A DNA stretch of 64,000 nt from an uncultured virus (IMG/VR IMGVR_UViG_3300031994_000100) (taxonomy: Duplodnaviria > Heunggongvirae > Uroviricota > Caudoviricetes): IMG/VR virus record IMGVR_UViG_3300031994_000100; one strand, given 5' to 3'. Below the pieces are notes generated by a model that made no database searches, was not told where the DNA came from, and worked only from the letters and a program-made list of their open reading frames with translations. How positions within the stretch are numbered: position 1 is the stretch's first letter; each line of letters starts with the position of its first letter. Shown here piece by piece: positions 59,690-64,000 of this stretch. Position numbers and translations under genes: made by a program.

Positions 59690-60088
59690 CTATTTCACTC
59701 GCCAGAAAAAGCTCGGAATCTCGTCTCCGGAATCCCAGCTGTCGTAGTAATCTCCATCGATAACTGCAACGGCATGACTTCCGGTTCCGACAATGTAAAC
59801 ACCAATCGGATGCATTTGACTGAAGAGCCGGATGGTTACACAGCTGGGGCAGCTTTCCGGCAGAAGAAACGGCTCAAAGCCCTGCTGATAAAGATACTTG
59901 CCCCACACTGCGTCTGCACTCGGCATGTTGTATTCCTTCCGACCCAACGCGCATAAATCGTCATACACGTCAAGCCACTTCCGGTTTAAAGCCAAAGAAA
60001 TAGCCCGGACCACACAGTCCGGGACTTCTTTATGGCCGGGATTCGGATTACTTCTCATCCACATTTCAGATGTTCGCCACCCATGCAC
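59690..60088 (-). CDS. hypothetical protein with DCVVRAI / H..V.DG.YYDSWDS (papain-like Cys-His-Asp candidate)
   Basis: Motif order Cys, His, Asp; likely start at MWMRSNPNP. Confidence 0.65.
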   Translation of the reverse strand: MHGWRTSEMWMRSNPNPGHKEVPDCVVRAISLALNRKWLDVYDDLCALGRKEYNMPSADAVWGKYLYQQGFEPFLLPESCPSCVTIRLFSQMHPIGVYIVGTGSHAVAVIDGDYYDSWDSGDEIPSFFWRVK

Positions 60089-60329
60089 ATGCGGCCCAGT
60101 CCATCAGCTGCTCGCTGACTTCGACCGGGTTTCCTTTTTTATCCAGATACGCGTACGCTTTGTCCGTCGTCGAAAGACAGGGCCCGCCGTTGATAATACA
60201 TCCGGTTTTCTGGCAGGCCCCGTTCCTGCGAATGTCACACAGCCAGCATTTCTTCTGCGGCCTGGTTACAATGCTGTTTTCTTCGATCCTTTCGGTAACG
60301 AAGTCTTCAAGCTCCTGCTCGGTGATCAT
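60066..60329 (-). CDS. Cys-rich hypothetical protein
   Basis: Coupled to the holin. Confidence 0.5.
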   Translation of the reverse strand: MITEQELEDFVTERIEENSIVTRPQKKCWLCDIRRNGACQKTGCIINGGPCLSTTDKAYAYLDKKGNPVEVSEQLMDWAACAWVANI

Positions 60330-60604
60330 TCCTCCACATCCTCTGTGGGAGGATCCTGCCAGGGCTCGTCATATCCGAGCGCACGGTCGCTGTCCCCAAT
60401 GCCGGCCGTTGTCGGGTCAACCAGCACACCGATCAGGCCGAGGAAGGTCAAAACCTGACTGATCACACTCATGATGGTGTTTTCAGTAACTACGGGCACC
60501 ACGTCAAACAGCTTCAGGATGTTGAACGCAAAGCCAACGATAATGCTGATAAACATCGTCAACCAGGTCTTGTTCTTAAAACGTACTTTCCAATTGATTT
60601 TCAT
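60326..60604 (-). CDS. holin (phiLC3-like)
   Basis: MKINWKVRFKNKTW..VDPTTAGIGDS..YDEP. Confidence 0.9.
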   Translation of the reverse strand: MKINWKVRFKNKTWLTMFISIIVGFAFNILKLFDVVPVVTENTIMSVISQVLTFLGLIGVLVDPTTAGIGDSDRALGYDEPWQDPPTEDVEE

Positions 60605-60626
60605 TTTGATTTATCCTCCCATCGTG

Positions 60627-61064
60627 TCACAGCCGTTCCGCAAGATACTTCTGCAGCTCGACCTTCGCGTCTTCAACTTTCTCGTTGTTACCGATATTTC
60701 CATAGGTGCTGATCACGAGCATGAATTTACAGATGGCGGCCAGCCCATCCCGGATCTCTTTACTGTTCTGGCGCATGTCGGCGATGAATGACTCATGGTT
60801 ATCCAGCCGTTTCTTGTCCTGCGCCAGGTTCTTCTCAATCTCCTTGAATCGCGGTTCCAGCTTATCAATGACTTTTTGACTTACTTCTTCCGCAAAGCTT
60901 GGCTGTTCCGACTCTTTCTTCTTATGCCGTCTCTCAATAATGGTATGTATGGCATCGTATACCTTATACCCAATCATGAATAAAAGGCATAACGCCAGCA
61001 TCCCATAAATGGTGGTCCACAGCACTTGTGGCGTAAAGTTCTCAACCGTTGGCAAGTTACCCAC
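60627..61064 (-). CDS. membrane protein of the lysis cassette
   Basis: Single TM plus coiled coil, between endolysin and holin. Confidence 0.65.
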   Translation of the reverse strand: MGNLPTVENFTPQVLWTTIYGMLALCLLFMIGYKVYDAIHTIIERRHKKKESEQPSFAEEVSQKVIDKLEPRFKEIEKNLAQDKKRLDNHESFIADMRQNSKEIRDGLAAICKFMLVISTYGNIGNNEKVEDAKVELQKYLAERL

Positions 61065-61082
61065 CGACCTTTCTACTCAACT

Positions 61083-61871
61083 TCAGGCATACTTGACAAG
61101 TTCAGCCCAGGTCAATTTTCCAACAATGCCGTCGGCTTTAAGTCCATGCGTAGTCTGAAAATGTTTCACTGCTTTCAATGTTTCGTTCCCAAAATCCGCG
61201 TCCGCGCCGTATTTCGGCAGGCTCTCTCCGGCCTTCAGCAACAGCTCCTGCATATACTGCACGGTATTTCCTTTGCTGCCCTTGCGTACCGTCTCGTAAA
61301 CCGTGATCGGTTCTGCCGGTGTCGGATTGGCAGGGGATACCGGCTCGGTCTGCCCAGGAATGAAGTCATACTGAACGCCCTTATAGAGCCCCCAATAAGT
61401 CCATTTCTTATTGCTCAGCGGGGTGTGAACCACGCCTGAGATCGTCCCCTTGGCCTCCGTCACGCAGGTCTCCGTGGTAAGCGTGCCGATGTGCGGATGA
61501 TCGCTTTCCGTGCCAGTAAAGATGGCGGCGCCGATCGGAAGCTTCAGGCCCGGGGTAATCTTCCCCTTGTGGGAAAGATAGCCCTTGCTCCAGATGGAGT
61601 TGGATCCGTGCGGAATCCTGATGCCCAGCTTTTTCAGCATTTTGTAGGGGAGTCCGCTGCAGTCCGTCACGGTACGGCCGATCCACTTGCTGCCGTACTT
61701 CGACGCCATATCGTAGTTGTGATATTTCACAGGATCGCTGGCATAATTTCGCTCAACCTCTTCCTGCTTTGCCTTTGTCCACTGGGTTCCGGATGTTCCC
61801 CAGATGTAGCCCCATTTTTCAGCATATGCCTGCTCAACGAGCTCGACCAGCTCTGCGGCTTTTGCCATCAA
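61083..61871 (-). CDS. endolysin (NlpC/P60-like + PG-binding domain)
   Basis: YIWG, DCSGL, HIG and EAKG; C-terminal FQTTHGLKADGIVGKLTW. Confidence 0.88.
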   Translation of the reverse strand: MMAKAAELVELVEQAYAEKWGYIWGTSGTQWTKAKQEEVERNYASDPVKYHNYDMASKYGSKWIGRTVTDCSGLPYKMLKKLGIRIPHGSNSIWSKGYLSHKGKITPGLKLPIGAAIFTGTESDHPHIGTLTTETCVTEAKGTISGVVHTPLSNKKWTYWGLYKGVQYDFIPGQTEPVSPANPTPAEPITVYETVRKGSKGNTVQYMQELLLKAGESLPKYGADADFGNETLKAVKHFQTTHGLKADGIVGKLTWAELVKYA

Positions 61872-62302
61872 GCACCACCTCCTGCAATGGTCCGATTGAT
61901 GAATAGAGTTCCGTTGCGTATTGTCATGTCTCTTCCGGACTCAATCTTTTCAAGTGTTTCTTTGTGATAATCGGTAAAGTCATTGGACGACAGACCTTTT
62001 GCATGGTTGGCAAGAATTTCATCGATTTCCTCAGCCGTCAGCGTACGGGCCACGTTGATTAAATTGGTCCACATGGGCTTCGATAAGCTGTCGACGTAAA
62101 GGAGTTGTCCGGGAAGACCGGCGTTACCAGGAGCAAACTGGTTCGCTGTCAGTCGTTCAACCTCTTGCTGTATCCTGGCACTGCTCCATGTGCGATCCGT
62201 CCGTAGCGACTCATCGTCAATAAATTTGATAGGATTCACCGGAGACGATGAGCCTTCCGATTGATCGTCGTTCAGAAAAATAGGCTCGTAAGGATCGCTC
62301 AT
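61868..62302 (-). CDS. tail-associated hypothetical protein
   Basis: TWSSARI and KGLSSNDFT motifs typical of phage fibre proteins. Confidence 0.6.
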   Translation of the reverse strand: MSDPYEPIFLNDDQSEGSSSPVNPIKFIDDESLRTDRTWSSARIQQEVERLTANQFAPGNAGLPGQLLYVDSLSKPMWTNLINVARTLTAEEIDEILANHAKGLSSNDFTDYHKETLEKIESGRDMTIRNGTLFINRTIAGGGA

Positions 62303-62332
62303 GAGATCACCTCATTTTTCTTTCGATTTTGA

Positions 62333-63340
62333 TTATTTCTCGTTTTCCAGCTCTTCATGGTGTTTGACCCACAGCGGCAGCCAGTCCTTGTACGCCATCG
62401 GGAACTGATCGAAGGCGAGAGTTCCTATAAACTCATTACGCGTCGCGGTGAGCGTTTCTCTGAGGATGTCATCGCCGGCAGTATCGATGTAACAGCGATG
62501 CGTTTTGTAAAACTCCCAGACTTCCTCGTCGAATTCGCTTCGATCGTCGGGCAGGTCCGTTCTGCAAAGCGTAAAGTACGCATCCGTCATGGCGCGCACT
62601 GCAAACGGAGCGCTCTCCTCGCCGAATCCTCTTCGCTGCAGCTCATCCAGCATATACAGTTCTTTCCGGAACACGCCAACGGCGTTATGGAACCGGTTCT
62701 CATATTTATGAGTAACGCTGTCCACATATGGAACAACCGTATACAGCGGGGAGCTTACTTCAATTTCTCCGATTTTGTATCGGCCATTGCTTCGGGATAT
62801 AGTTTTCAGCACAAGCGCCATGAAGGCCATATCTTCTCCAACCCACAGATCCTCGCAGAAATGGAAATCGTTTTCGAGAAGGAAATCTCGCCGGAATACC
62901 TTTCCGACAAGACGAATCACATCGAATGTGTTGGCGAGAAAGCGCTTATGCTTTTCGATTCCGACTTCCATATAGAACGGAGCCCATAGGATCTGGTAGT
63001 CGTAATTGTCAAGTGCAGTAATGTACTCAGAAAGGGAGTGACGGTTGGCAAAGCTGTCGTCACAGTCGCAGAACATGATCCATTCGGCATCGCTGTAATA
63101 CATTCCGGCGTTCCTGGCCGCGCTGACACCTTTGTGATGAATGTTGATCTCGACAAACTCGAAAGGGAAGGACGGGGACCGCTCCGAGAGCTCAGGCAGG
63201 GAGCAGTCCATTCCGTCATTCACGAGAATGACCCTGAAGTCGGAAAAGTCAATCATTCGCTGAAGCTCCAGCATATCGAAGAATGGCTTGACGACCTCGT
63301 AGGGCTCGTTGTAATGGGTGACGATGATATCAAGAATCAC
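62333..63340 (-). CDS. glycosyltransferase family 2
   Basis: IIVTHYNE, VILVNDG, GVSAARNAG, FCDCDD and GED. Confidence 0.88.
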   Translation of the reverse strand: MILDIIVTHYNEPYEVVKPFFDMLELQRMIDFSDFRVILVNDGMDCSLPELSERSPSFPFEFVEINIHHKGVSAARNAGMYYSDAEWIMFCDCDDSFANRHSLSEYITALDNYDYQILWAPFYMEVGIEKHKRFLANTFDVIRLVGKVFRRDFLLENDFHFCEDLWVGEDMAFMALVLKTISRSNGRYKIGEIEVSSPLYTVVPYVDSVTHKYENRFHNAVGVFRKELYMLDELQRRGFGEESAPFAVRAMTDAYFTLCRTDLPDDRSEFDEEVWEFYKTHRCYIDTAGDDILRETLTATRNEFIGTLAFDQFPMAYKDWLPLWVKHHEELENEK

Positions 63341-63728
63341 GGTCGATCAACCACCGAATCTTAAAAACCTCCGAAGTCGGAAGCTTGATAGCGTCCATGT
63401 CATCAAGGGTGAAGGGTTCGACATCAATGTCGACTTCGGTTTTGCGAATCTCGATGACCTTGTCAATGAACTCCTTGGTCTTTTCCTCGTTCACGCTTCC
63501 GTCAGCATTCTTCACAACCATCCTGGAATCGTTGTTCTGCGGATCCATGGCGGTCGCGCCATAATGATCAACGATCTTTCGAACTTCCTTGTCGAGGAAA
63601 TTGCTCTTCTTGGTAATCGCGTCAAGCATGTCACAAATTTTCAAGGACAGCCGTCCGTTAAAAATCTGTTCCCCAAGTTTGTCAATAACCCTGATGGATT
63701 CGGATGCTTCAAATAAAGTAGTTTTCAT
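63330..63728 (-). CDS. hypothetical protein (post-tail)
   Basis: AGGAGG RBS. Confidence 0.6.
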   Translation of the reverse strand: MKTTLFEASESIRVIDKLGEQIFNGRLSLKICDMLDAITKKSNFLDKEVRKIVDHYGATAMDPQNNDSRMVVKNADGSVNEEKTKEFIDKVIEIRKTEVDIDVEPFTLDDMDAIKLPTSEVFKIRWLIDRDS

Positions 63729-63762
63729 GTTTTTATTCCTCCTGATTGTTTCCGAAACGTTG

Positions 63763-64000
63763 TCAGTTTATAGTAATATGGTACTTTTTTCCTCCGACCG
63801 TGAAGTACAGGTATGAGTTTTTCAAATCTGCCGCCTTGCATGTCAAAATACGCGTACTATCATTTGTTTGATAACTTGAACTATGTGCTGCTCCAGTCGG
63901 AGCCGGATTGGGTATCCATAGTCTGGCAATGAGTTTGCCTTTATCGTCGGTCAACCTTGCGTTCACGGCGATTTTACCGCTGGTCCATGTGCCTTTTGTC
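63763..64000 (-). CDS. C-terminus of an upstream (probably tail) gene, truncated by the window edge
   Basis: Reading frame appears open to the window end. Confidence 0.5.
   Translation of the reverse strand, partial: TKGTWTSGKIAVNARLTDDKGKLIARLWIPNPAPTGAAHSSSYQTNDSTRILTCKAADLKNSYLYFTVGGKKYHITIN

Overview
This window is a 64-kb segment of a tailed dsDNA phage or prophage, with almost all genes on the minus strand. The host is probably a Bacillota/Clostridia member, inferred from GGAGG RBSs, a phiLC3-type holin and an NlpC/P60 + PG-binding endolysin. In transcription order (right to left) it holds: (1) end of tail genes, glycosyltransferase and lysis cassette; (2) a conserved Gln/Gly/Cys-rich gene module interrupted by an SGNH-tipped tail/receptor-binding gene; (3) two fibre genes; (4) a tyrosine integrase; (5) about 35 kb of small accessory genes, including a TerD-like pair, RNA-ligase-like gene, vWA + PurA-like trio, ThyX and DUF6353-like paralogs; (6) a putative origin, helicase-primase-polymerase fusion, SSB, SF2 helicase and nucleases; (7) a 1017-aa single-chain two-barrel (DFDGD) RNA-polymerase-like protein. 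Four non-coding signals stand out. First, 24 copies of a fixed-length 25-bp non-sigma70 promoter-like motif divide the accessory region into promoter-gene-terminator cassettes, some empty or RNA-only. Second, a tandem array of five covarying hairpin RNAs plus a tRNA-like RNA lies directly upstream of the TerD-like pair. Third, there are three non-canonical tRNA mimics. Fourth, about 13 TTAAA-N6-TTTAA-like junction sites border AT-rich gene blocks and the variable tip of a tail gene. All product calls come from motif recognition by eye; no searches were run.
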